From Corynebacterium glutamicum ATCC 13032 (GTDB lineage Bacteria; Actinomycetota; Actinomycetes; Mycobacteriales; Mycobacteriaceae): a DNA stretch of 32,000 nt. Positions within the stretch are counted from its first letter, which is position 1. Each line of letters starts with the position of its first letter. Below are positions 18,554-26,841 of the stretch, piece after piece. Location of the stretch: contig NC_003450.3 of NCBI RefSeq assembly GCF_000011325.1, forward strand, positions 1,380,001 through 1,412,000. Reading direction: 5' to 3'. The notes under the pieces are model-generated. The model did no database searches and was not told where the DNA came from. It worked only from the letters and a program-made list of their open reading frames with translations. Position numbers and translations under genes: made by a program.

Positions 18554-19534
18554 TTAGCGCGGGTGCTCTTCTGCCACGGTCTCAGAATCAATGTTCTTGG
18601 AAGACACACGCTCAGCAAACATCAAAGCAGCGACAATCGCGCCACCAAGAATGATGATGCTGAAAATCATCACGGCGTTATCGCCAGGAGCAAGTAGATT
18701 AGCGTCACCGTCCTGCCAAGGCCACAGCGCACGAAGTGAACCCAGCATGAGACCAGCCATGATGGTCAGCGTGATGGTGCGGTGGTGCTCGAGAACATAA
18801 GACAAAACCTTCACAAACAAGATCACACCGGTGAGCGCGCCAAGCAAGAACACGCCGATGACCGACAAGTCACGGTTGGACAGAGATTCCATGATTGGCG
18901 CGTACATACCGACCGCCAGCAAGAAGAATGATCCTGAAACACCAGGAAGAACAAGAGCACACACAGCGATCGCAGCACAGATGAAGACAAAGATCAGTGA
19001 AGGATCGGTGCGAGGCGCACTAGTGAAGGATGTTCCAAAGAATCCCAGCATGGCGCAGATTATAAATAGCGGGATGACGATTGCGAGGCGCTTCTTGGCA
19101 TCCCGCATATCCATCATTCCCAACGGAACAAGGATAGACACGGCAACCATTCCAAGGAACAGACCGCGAGTGATCTCTGGGTAGTCCTCAACAACTGTAT
19201 GCAAAATCGATGACATCGAGAAGACCATCACGACCATGCCAACGCCGATAGCGCCGAGGAACCACCAGTCGATTTTCGCCGCAGCTTCCTTAACCTTCGA
19301 GCGGTCCTTGATCAACACCTTGATCAGATCAATGAGGAGATCACCGTTGTGCAGTGCGCGCTCATAAATTCCAAGAACCAAAGCGACAGTTCCGCCGGAA
19401 ATTCCTGGCACCAACTCCGCCATTCCAATCAAACCACCGCTAATGATGTTGAAAATCACCGCAAGTGGAGTCTTTTTCGTCTTGATGGGATAGACGTGCT
19501 GCACGTCTAGGGCATCAGGGTTGGTGGCGCTCAT
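18554..19534 (-). CDS. DUF368 family membrane protein (PopT-type candidate undecaprenyl-phosphate translocase)
   Basis: Polytopic membrane protein with the duplicated signature PGISGGT / PGVSGSF typical of DUF368. Confidence 0.85.
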   Translation of the reverse strand: MSATNPDALDVQHVYPIKTKKTPLAVIFNIISGGLIGMAELVPGISGGTVALVLGIYERALHNGDLLIDLIKVLIKDRSKVKEAAAKIDWWFLGAIGVGMVVMVFSMSSILHTVVEDYPEITRGLFLGMVAVSILVPLGMMDMRDAKKRLAIVIPLFIICAMLGFFGTSFTSAPRTDPSLIFVFICAAIAVCALVLPGVSGSFFLLAVGMYAPIMESLSNRDLSVIGVFLLGALTGVILFVKVLSYVLEHHRTITLTIMAGLMLGSLRALWPWQDGDANLLAPGDNAVMIFSIIILGGAIVAALMFAERVSSKNIDSETVAEEHPR

Positions 19535-19958
19535 AGGTAATCCAATTATCTTTCTTTGGCGTCTGGCAAAACGCCTCCCACTATACGTGTTACGAAACTA
19601 AGTCGGTAGCTGGCAAAGGGTGATCTGTGCTGAAAACTGGGCGTAGGGTGCAGAAAGTTGGGTCTCTCAACTCAGACGCATTTGTGGCCAATTTGAAGGC
19701 TCTAATGCTTCGCACGGGCAAATAGTCGGGGAGAGGTTTTACAGGCCGTTAGATTGGATTCTGTGGCCTCATGATTTTTCGGCATCGAAGCATCAACTCG
19801 GGCAGACCAGACTGGTTATAAGTGGTCGAAACCAGCCAGGGGTGACAAGAGAAGGCCGAAATCCAAAGTTTTGTCACGTGTGTCCGGTTTGGGGAGATTG
19901 CACTAGTCGATCTTGAAACTACCCCCAAGTTTCTGGGCGATTTTTGTCGAGTTACCCC

Positions 19959-20008
19959 AAAAATGAAGAAATCCCACTGCTTTAACCGCAGTGGGATTTG
20001 ATTTCTAG
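19959..20008 (-). terminator. Hairpin terminator about 50 nt downstream of the displaced tRNA 3' end (minus strand)
   Basis: A 12 bp stem, aaatcccactgc (19969-19980) with gcagtgggattt (19988-19999). On the minus strand it is followed by cttcattttt. It is probably the native terminator of the targeted tRNA gene. Confidence 0.5.
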
Positions 20009-20048
20009 AACATCTTGGCCGAAATCACTTCTCCAAGTCGGAGTTTCC

Positions 20049-20086
20049 GCTGGTAGTGGTGCCCCTGGTGAGACTCGAACTCACAC
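20049..20086 (-). other. tRNA 3'-end fragment (att site at island left border), copy B
   Basis: The reverse complement reads cccgtccagtGTGAGTTCGAGTCTCACCAGGGGCaCCA. The 34-nt core is identical to copy A. No 5' tRNA half is adjacent. Confidence 0.75.
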
Positions 20087-20181
20087 TGGACGGGAGTGAG
20101 ACCAGATCATTTCTGTCATGTAATTGAGTGTTTATTGCTGTTGTTGCAGCTCGATGTTAACTAAAAATGCAACTATTGCGT

Positions 20182-20940
20182 CTATTCTTCTTCTTTAGCT
20201 TCTTTATTTGGAGACTTTTTGGAGACTTTTCGTGCCTCTTTGAGCGCTTGGTTGACGACATCACCAATCGGAACGTCTTTGTCAGTTTTAGCGATGTAGA
20301 CCCGTTCTGTGAGTCGTGAGTCAGCATGGCCGAGTACGTCTGATGCGGCCTTGGAATCAAGGTTCTCAGAGACAATTGATGCAAGGGTTTTCCTGATGCT
20401 GTGCACGGTCACCCAATCATATGCAGTACCCTTTCGGTGTTTTCGCAACAATTTGTTGAAATTGGACTCATAAATATATGTGCCTCTAGCGGAAGGGAAC
20501 ACCATTTCGAGATGTTCGGCGTAGAGTGCATGTCTTTTGCGTAAGACGTCTGAGGCAATTTCTGGCAACTGAATGACACGCCTACTGCTGGTCGTTTTTG
20601 TTTTATCTTGTCTGTGGTTACCTTTTTCTTTGTTGTAGACAATGGTGCCTCGGATAAAGATTCTTGGATGCTCCTCGTCAAGCACCACGTCTACCCATCG
20701 CAGGCTCAGTGCTTCCCATGCTCGCAACACTGTTCCAAGGCAGACATCGACAACGTCGATGAGAGTCAATTGTTTTGAGGCCGCAATAACAGCGTGAAAG
20801 GGTTGAATGTCAGCAACCTGCAGTGCTTGGGGCTCGTTGGTTTGTGCTTTTACAGGTCGCACTTCAGCCATAGGGTTAACATGTACAAGCCCGTAGGGGG
20901 TTTCCCCACCGAGTTCAGATTTGTCGTGAGAAAAGGGCAT
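20182..20940 (-). CDS. Tyrosine recombinase / phage integrase, N-terminally truncated (catalytic domain only)
   Basis: Catalytic signature present: LRAWE..LRW (Arg), KTKTTSSRRVIQLP (Lys hairpin), HSIRKT (HxxR), LGHAD and RVY (Tyr). Only about 55 aa precede the catalytic domain. A stop lies 12 codons upstream of the ATG, and no N-terminal domain is found in any other frame. Confidence 0.85.
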   Translation of the reverse strand: MPFSHDKSELGGETPYGLVHVNPMAEVRPVKAQTNEPQALQVADIQPFHAVIAASKQLTLIDVVDVCLGTVLRAWEALSLRWVDVVLDEEHPRIFIRGTIVYNKEKGNHRQDKTKTTSSRRVIQLPEIASDVLRKRHALYAEHLEMVFPSARGTYIYESNFNKLLRKHRKGTAYDWVTVHSIRKTLASIVSENLDSKAASDVLGHADSRLTERVYIAKTDKDVPIGDVVNQALKEARKVSKKSPNKEAKEEE

Positions 20941-21336
20941 TATGACCGTTACAGGAATGAAGGCTGGGGATATTTAAAAAACTATTGCAAACACAACTTC
21001 GCCAACCACGCTATGGCTGAGGCCGTAGTAGATAAAGCGGTGATTGATTATGGCTCATCGCCAGGAACCAGCTATTACAAGTTCGAGAAAACGGTGTACT
21101 TTCTAGATTGCAGAACTTATACATTCAATAAGAACTCAGGATGTAAAGAAATGCACGCTCCGCAATGGGTGACTATTATTTACAATCCTCATACTTTCAC
21201 TGGAGCAAATTCGAACAGACCCAAGGGGGTAATTTCAGCATGGTGTAACTCAACCCCACCTGGTGGAATCGAACACGAGCCGGAAATTTCCCAATGTCCT
21301 GATCATGTGAATCTTTATAATAAGCTTCGCATATGA
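20881..21336 (+). CDS. Hypothetical protein (start uncertain: 20794, 20881 or 21012)
   Basis: Its stop overlaps the next ORF start (ATGA at 21333-21336), suggesting translational coupling. Its 5' part overlaps the integrase 5' end on the opposite strand. No recognised domain. Confidence 0.4.
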   Translation: MYKPVGGFPTEFRFVVRKGHYDRYRNEGWGYLKNYCKHNFANHAMAEAVVDKAVIDYGSSPGTSYYKFEKTVYFLDCRTYTFNKNSGCKEMHAPQWVTIIYNPHTFTGANSNRPKGVISAWCNSTPPGGIEHEPEISQCPDHVNLYNKLRI

Positions 21337-22079
21337 CAGAACCCCATCAACTGTGCATCTACACTAAAGGCCATAAAACTTCCGGATTTCGCTTTATCGG
21401 GCCATCGCTAAGTCTAGATTTTCTACTCATCAACATCATGGGAAAGTGGAATGCATTTTCTAGAGTGACAAAAAGGGACGGTAGTTCATTACCTTTCCCA
21501 GGTAATGTATTTACTAATCAGCGCATAGTCGGAGCTGTTCGGCAGTGTCTTTTTCAAGCGATCGTTGCTGAAAAATGGTCACTTTTCTCGTCCAATATAA
21601 GATCCTTAGTAGCTGATCTACCGGATGTGCTCACTGTATCTGAGTTACAGGAATGGTTAGAGTTCTTTGTGCAGCACACCGGAATTGGTGTCAAGGTTGG
21701 GCGTGCGCTGATTGTTGATCCTGATCAGGAGTGGACGCAGCTAGCTGGACGTTGTGAGCTTGTGGGATATTGTGCACTGAGTCCTGGTTGGCCCAGTCCT
21801 ATTAGCTCGGTTTTCGAAAAGACAGATCTTGAATTGTGGGAGTCAGCATTAGCGACGAGTTGGATGATGCTGGGGCCTTTTATAGCTGAACGTTATACCT
21901 ATCAAATGCCGGTTGAGGAGTTTTATTGGCGTCATGATGCGGAGTTGCGGTGGTGGGAGAGCTTTGTCAACGGCTGTTTTGACGATTTAACAAGTTTGCA
22001 GAAGCTTTTGAGTCTGTTACTGGCTAAACACTATTTATCGAGAGATTACCTAATGGTGCGCGTTTTCACAATTGATTAG
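21333..22079 (+). CDS. Hypothetical protein (248 aa)
   Basis: A long ORF in AT-rich DNA, coupled to the upstream ORF. No recognised motif. Confidence 0.6.
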   Translation: MTEPHQLCIYTKGHKTSGFRFIGPSLSLDFLLINIMGKWNAFSRVTKRDGSSLPFPGNVFTNQRIVGAVRQCLFQAIVAEKWSLFSSNIRSLVADLPDVLTVSELQEWLEFFVQHTGIGVKVGRALIVDPDQEWTQLAGRCELVGYCALSPGWPSPISSVFEKTDLELWESALATSWMMLGPFIAERYTYQMPVEEFYWRHDAELRWWESFVNGCFDDLTSLQKLLSLLLAKHYLSRDYLMVRVFTID

Positions 22080-22271
22080 TGCGCCGGGTCAAAGATAATA
22101 GTCGCAAGCGCCGTCGTTTAAAAGTATTGTCGTTCAGTAGCCGGATATACCCTCCGACTGCTGACGGTTAAACAAGAGCTGAGGTGAGTTCCCCAACGAG
22201 AGTGGAGAGTGAAGCTTGAAAAGAGGCAGGAGAGGTAGGCTTCCTGCGGCTGAAGTTGATAAGTTGAGCTC

Positions 22272-22706
22272 ATGGGATTTAGCGCGTTGGAGCTGTGGTC
22301 GACCGAGCTAGGCATAACTGTTTCGGTCACGCCTGAGCCACAGAACAGTGATTATGAATCAGGATTAGCACAGGTTGAAGGCCATGAGTGGCATGTCCGG
22401 ACTGCACGGAACACGCCGTCGAAGCCGGGTGCCTTTGTTGCCTTTTGGCAGCGAGGCGTAGGAGGACAGACCCAGCCGTTTAGTGACGACGGGATGAATG
22501 CCGGTCTTCTTGTCTTTGTGAGGAACGATGTTCGGCGCGGAGTGTTTAGGTTTTCCGCTGGTCATCTTGCAGAATTGGGGATTACCGCAGCAGACGGACA
22601 GCCGGGCAAACGTGGATTTCGCGTTTACCCCTCCTGGTGCGAAGGGCTCAATTCGCAGGCGAGGGCCACGCAGCGAGCACAATCTAGCGCATTCGAGGAG
22701 TATTGA
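22272..22706 (+). CDS. MepB-like protein
   Basis: The pattern GAFVAFWQR...PF.....LLVFV....RGVFRF......GI.....GKRGFRVYPSW matches my recollection of the MepB family. Confidence 0.65.
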   Translation: MGFSALELWSTELGITVSVTPEPQNSDYESGLAQVEGHEWHVRTARNTPSKPGAFVAFWQRGVGGQTQPFSDDGMNAGLLVFVRNDVRRGVFRFSAGHLAELGITAADGQPGKRGFRVYPSWCEGLNSQARATQRAQSSAFEEY

Positions 22707-23029
22707 GATCACGTCGTGCTCACCCCCAGTGGAGGGTGGCGACGATGTTGTGACTCTGGAGGTTTTTCTGCAAGAACTGCTGACATCGTTAGTAAACTTA
22801 GGTCTGTTCTGCCGGTGGGCTATCTGAGGTTTATATAGCAGGAAACAACGCGCTGAGCACAGCCCAGATTTCATTGGCGATCACGTCTCACTGCATGCAC
22901 ATGAGCGTTTAGTGCAGGAACTCCAAAACTTTTGGTCACACACTCTAGCGTTTTTGGGCACGGTATTGTTGTGCGGTATGAACAACGCGAGTTAATACAC
23001 GGAAAGCTCCTGAGAATAGTTCTTTCTCA

Positions 23030-23066
23030 GGGCTTGAAGCTTGAGGGCTTGAAGCTTGAGGGCTTC
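23030..23066. repeat. 15-bp tandem repeat, 2.5 copies (gggcttgaagcttga)
   Basis: Units at 23030-23044 and 23045-23059, plus a partial unit gggcttc at 23060-23066. It lies 60 nt upstream of the 23128 gene. Confidence 0.85.
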
Positions 23067-23127
23067 TAGAAAGCAGGTATGAGGAAAGTACTTTCCCACA
23101 TGAATCAGAAGAAAGGCATGGACTGGG

Positions 23128-23994
23128 ATGAACAAGGCTGATGAAATATTCCTTTGCGAAGGCGATATTTTTGCTCCCTTGATTGCGGGTTTAAGTAGCG
23201 TTAACAGCGCGATCCGCTCTGCCGCAGTTCATCATGCGTTTAGATCTATGGATCGCGCTGCAGCAACGGGTACAACTTATGGAGCGAGTATCGTTCAGTC
23301 ACTGTGTGACATTGTTGTTACGCATATGTATGTCGAATCAGATTCTCAAGTTTCAATTGATTCTGGGGTTGTAAGTGCATTGACGATTGACGGGAAAGAA
23401 GTCTCTCTCGATCTCCCCAATAAGGAACTTGAATCATTAGGGTTAGATGAATACTCAACCTCGCCTAGCGGTGCTTCCATTGCAGTTACGAATGAAGGAG
23501 GGGGAGCTTTCCGATCTCTAATTCATATTCCTAACCTGGAATCAAATGGTGAGTTCGAATTTTCATTTTCTAATGATATGACTCTTAGTTCCTTGCCTGA
23601 TGGCGGAGTCACAGTTCGAGATAATAAGGGGGATATCTTAGGCACCCTTGATGCACCTTGGGCTATAGATGCGACAGGGGCCTCGGTTAAAACATGGTAT
23701 GAAATTCGTCAAAGCACGATAGTTCAACATGTCGCACCAACTTCTTCAACGCAATTTCCCGTCGTAGCAGATCCCTTCTGGATCCCATTCTTAGGTATCA
23801 TGGGTGGCCATCTCACGCGTCATGCGTTAACCCAGATGGCTAAGCGAAAGATCACTAAAGAGCTAGTTGAGCACGTTATAAAAACAGGCAGAGGAAGCAA
23901 GGGCAACGGGAATACTACAGTATTTAACGGCAACGGGATTCGAGTTATTGTCGATAATGTGAGCGGAAATGTGATTACTGTTACGAAAGGCTAA
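23128..23994 (+). CDS. Polymorphic-toxin-like protein: about 230 aa N-terminal region fused to a C-terminal DUF4258-type toxin domain
   Basis: The C-terminus HLTRHALTQMAKRKITKELVEHVIKTG....GIRVIVDNVSGNVITVTKG fits the DUF4258 pattern (H-A-x-x-R-M..R.I, then VV....g.viTv). It is preceded by APWAIDATGASV...FPVVADPFW. No signal peptide. Confidence 0.75.
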   Translation: MNKADEIFLCEGDIFAPLIAGLSSVNSAIRSAAVHHAFRSMDRAAATGTTYGASIVQSLCDIVVTHMYVESDSQVSIDSGVVSALTIDGKEVSLDLPNKELESLGLDEYSTSPSGASIAVTNEGGGAFRSLIHIPNLESNGEFEFSFSNDMTLSSLPDGGVTVRDNKGDILGTLDAPWAIDATGASVKTWYEIRQSTIVQHVAPTSSTQFPVVADPFWIPFLGIMGGHLTRHALTQMAKRKITKELVEHVIKTGRGSKGNGNTTVFNGNGIRVIVDNVSGNVITVTKG

Positions 23995-23996
23995 TT

Positions 23997-24218
23997 ATGA
24001 ATTTTGAGTATGACCCAGAAGCTGATGCAGCCTATCTAACCCTAACGCAGTCGGGTGTCCTTCCAGAACAGCAGATATCAGCAATAACTACAGAAGGAAT
24101 GGAAGGAGAAATAGAGATAGACGTTGATGAAAATGGCAAAGTTATTGGTATTGAGTTCGTGAATGCTTCTTTGATTCTTCCTTCAGATTTCCTCAAAAAA
24201 TCAAACCGGATATCATAA
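23997..24218 (+). CDS. DUF2283-family protein (cognate antitoxin/immunity candidate)
   Basis: MNFEYDPEADAAYLTL....IDVDENGKVIGIEFVNAS is the canonical DUF2283 pattern. It starts 2 nt after the upstream stop. Confidence 0.8.
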   Translation: MNFEYDPEADAAYLTLTQSGVLPEQQISAITTEGMEGEIEIDVDENGKVIGIEFVNASLILPSDFLKKSNRIS

Positions 24219-24324
24219 TCCCATCTAAAGGGTTGCCACCAGACAGAAGATCTGTCCCCTGCTCAGGTTACTGTAAAAAATAGCGTGGAATCACGACACG
24301 GCCATAGTAGTGGACGAAGCTGGT

Positions 24325-24383
24325 ATGGGTTCTGGCCCTTATTTATGGAGTTACAACACCCATAAATAAGGGCCAGAACCCAT
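24325..24383. repeat. Perfect 24-bp inverted repeat (hairpin) with an 11-nt loop
   Basis: atgggttctggcccttatttatgg (24325-24348) is the exact reverse complement of ccataaataagggccagaacccat (24360-24383). Confidence 0.85.
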
Positions 24384-24631
24384 TACTGCCTGTATAAAGA
24401 GCACTACAAAGCCACAGACTAACCCGGCTTACAGGCCCATCCCATGATCATGGCTACGGCTCGGATTCATCCTGAATTGCTGATCCGCACTCCGACCAGC
24501 ACCCAATGACTTAGAATCTGACGACGCATTCACATTAAACGTCCTCGGCTGTAGCTCTTCCGTAAACGCCACCGTTGTCCGTGCACAGACGTGCTTCCCG
24601 TTCTTCACGCGGCGTAAGGAACCAACTTCCT

Positions 24632-24866
24632 GATAGTGGACACAAGGGTCTAATTAGGTAGCAGATTTCAGGATAGCAGGACCGCGCTCCTCAAAACACT
24701 GCTGGTGCGAGATATTTACACCAGGAATGTCGGCGTACCGTGTTGTAACGGGTACACCAGCGCAAGGCGTCCGGGCAGCGGATCGACCGGGGAACCAAAA
24801 GCAGCACGTTTAAAGCCCTGCGCTGGTTTAAACCAGTGCGGGGCTTGATGTGTTGAATGCTTAAAG
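24632..24866 (-). pseudogene. IS transposase 3'-end remnant (rve/IS3-family-like), copy 1
   Basis: The minus-strand translation ends ...ALRWCTRYNTVRRHSWCKYLAPAVF*. This is the conserved C-terminus of DDE (rve) transposases. Upstream of it the reading frame is decayed. Homologous to copy 2. Confidence 0.7.
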
Positions 24867-25301
24867 CTAGTTGGTAGGTTCCCAAACATTGTTTTTCAGG
24901 TTGAAGACAAAATCGAGCGTAGAGTCCGTGGGTCGAAATGATATGTCGTAGTCAGACAGCACAGGGCAAAGATCAACAATGTGGGTCCTTTTGAAACTAA
25001 TCCACTCGGTATTACTGCTAGTGGATTTCAGAACAAGTATGCTTTGCGTCTCATCAAATCCAAATCTAGGTACAGGCGTGTCTTCTAACTGAAGTTCTGC
25101 CTCGACAGTATCTTTTGGCGCATATGGGCAGACTATAGCGAATTCAACCCATTCATCGCCATAAATACTTCTAAGATTGAGAGACTGATGGGACGACTGA
25201 TCTGCTGAGCTTAGATGACTCTCCAGGGCATTTTCTGTGCTGCAACTAGCGAGGGTCAGAGCTGTTAAGGGGATGATGACTGCTAGTCGCTTTTTTAGCA
25301 T
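24867..25301 (-). CDS. Lipoprotein (144 aa), function unknown
   Basis: Signal peptide MLKKRLAVIIPLTALTLASC with lipobox LASC. It starts 15 nt downstream of the preceding secreted-protein gene. Confidence 0.75.
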   Translation of the reverse strand: MLKKRLAVIIPLTALTLASCSTENALESHLSSADQSSHQSLNLRSIYGDEWVEFAIVCPYAPKDTVEAELQLEDTPVPRFGFDETQSILVLKSTSSNTEWISFKRTHIVDLCPVLSDYDISFRPTDSTLDFVFNLKNNVWEPTN

Positions 25302-25316
25302 CAGAGGGCACCTTGC

Positions 25317-26069
25317 TTATTTTAGAGTTTTTAGTCTACCGAGATTTGTCCACAGCGCGCATATCGCGAGCGCGCTAGTTTCATCCTTACTATTAATGAA
25401 TCCGGCTCCGATCTGTCGGCCTTGTGCATTATTGAATAGGTCCATTGCATTTTCATCGGCCGGACCGTCCCCGATTGTCTCGTGGTTTGTTGCAATTCTT
25501 TCAGCTCCATTGCTCCCGATTCGTATCGTCATCAGAGCGTTCCATGAGCAATGCCGAAATGCATCGCCTTTGCCGTTGCGAAGGGAATCGCCTGGGTATC
25601 GTGCGACAGCCTCATTATTTGCTTTGGTTGCTGCTTGGTTTGCAATCCCGCATGATACAACATCAACTAGATTGATGCATGAAAGCATTTCGAGGCCTGA
25701 TATGTAAATTTTGTAGGGGTCGGACTGTGCCGCGAGACGGGTTTCTTGGCGTTGTTGGAGTGAACTCGGATCCCGTTTAAGCGCTGCTATTATTGAACGC
25801 TGTTCGATGTCGGTGAGGGTATCGAAGTACTCGTAGGGGTCATGAGAATCGTACATAGTTGTGATTTCATCTTGAGCACCAAGGATCTGTTCAGCTGAAA
25901 TGTCGCTTGTGTTTACGTGAATCTCGGCGTTGAGGTCGATTGCAGATTCAGGTAAAGGGGTGATCTGTTCGAGGCTTTGTGCAGTGGAAGTAGGGCTTAG
26001 TATTGTGGTTAAGCCGATGCATAGTGTGATTGCAGAAGCGCCTGCAATACGACTGACTCTGTTTAACAA
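25317..26069 (-). CDS. Secreted protein with C-terminal DAFRH...HE...MDLxNNxxGR motif domain (DUF6973-like by recollection)
   Basis: A TTG start at 26069 has the SD aggag 6 nt upstream and gives the signal peptide LNRVSRIAGASAITLCIGLTTILSPTSTAQS. The longest ORF reaches 26174. C-terminal motifs are GDAFRHCSWNALMT, ATNHE and MDLFNNAQGRQIG. Confidence 0.7.
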   Translation of the reverse strand: MLNRVSRIAGASAITLCIGLTTILSPTSTAQSLEQITPLPESAIDLNAEIHVNTSDISAEQILGAQDEITTMYDSHDPYEYFDTLTDIEQRSIIAALKRDPSSLQQRQETRLAAQSDPYKIYISGLEMLSCINLVDVVSCGIANQAATKANNEAVARYPGDSLRNGKGDAFRHCSWNALMTIRIGSNGAERIATNHETIGDGPADENAMDLFNNAQGRQIGAGFINSKDETSALAICALWTNLGRLKTLK

Positions 26070-26841
26070 AAAGAGCTCCTGATCATGTAGGTGTCCTGAA
26101 ACGCGATTAGATTGTTTCAGCACAGACGCTAACACCGATTTCGTTCGGAATCTATTATTAAATTCATATTTCAATATTTATCTAAGGGTTTTTCCAATGT
26201 GCAACTTCCGGAAGCCTGTGGTGTAGTGAAATAGATCTTCTAGTTAATGGCGCATGACTAAAGAACTCAAAAATACGTATTTCGCTATGGAAAAAAATGA
26301 CGCTTAAAGTGCTTATTCGATGCTGTTTAAAAGCAACATAATAGTGCCTTAAACACCGCTAGTCAGGCTTACTAAAAGGCCAGAAACGAGCACGTAGGGG
26401 ACACTAGAGTTTATGGCGTATCGCACCTTAGCAAAAGAATTTCCAAGCTCACCGCACGATAGTGCGCAATCTCGTGTTGATGCGCTTTATGAGCAGAGGC
26501 TGCAGCATGTCAGCACTATTAATACAGGCATTGATGTTGGTGGTTATCCAGTATTTTGCGTTGTTGATGCAGAAGTGACCTCTCGGTATACGCGCAAGCC
26601 CCGCACGTCGAGGGCGGGGAGGATGTCAAGCAACGCCATTCGTGATCGGTGTACTGGAACTTATGCGCGATTTTCTAGTAGGGGGCTCAGAGAATCCACC
26701 TAGCTGGATTTCATGGAAGGAAGTGAAAAAACCATTTGTTTCTGCAGTATGTCCGCACTCGCTTAGTTGATGTCATCCAATGTGGAGAAGTTCAAAAGCT
26801 GAAGCGGGGGAGCGCAGTTCTACTTCGAGCCCGACCCCCGG

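Noticed and set aside
22365-22874. 169-aa minus-strand ORF
   Set aside because: It is antisense to the MepB-like gene, which has recognisable family motifs.
25237-25707. Plus-strand ORFs 25237-25707 and 25445-25675
   Set aside because: They are antisense to the lipoprotein and secreted-protein genes, which have clear signal peptides.
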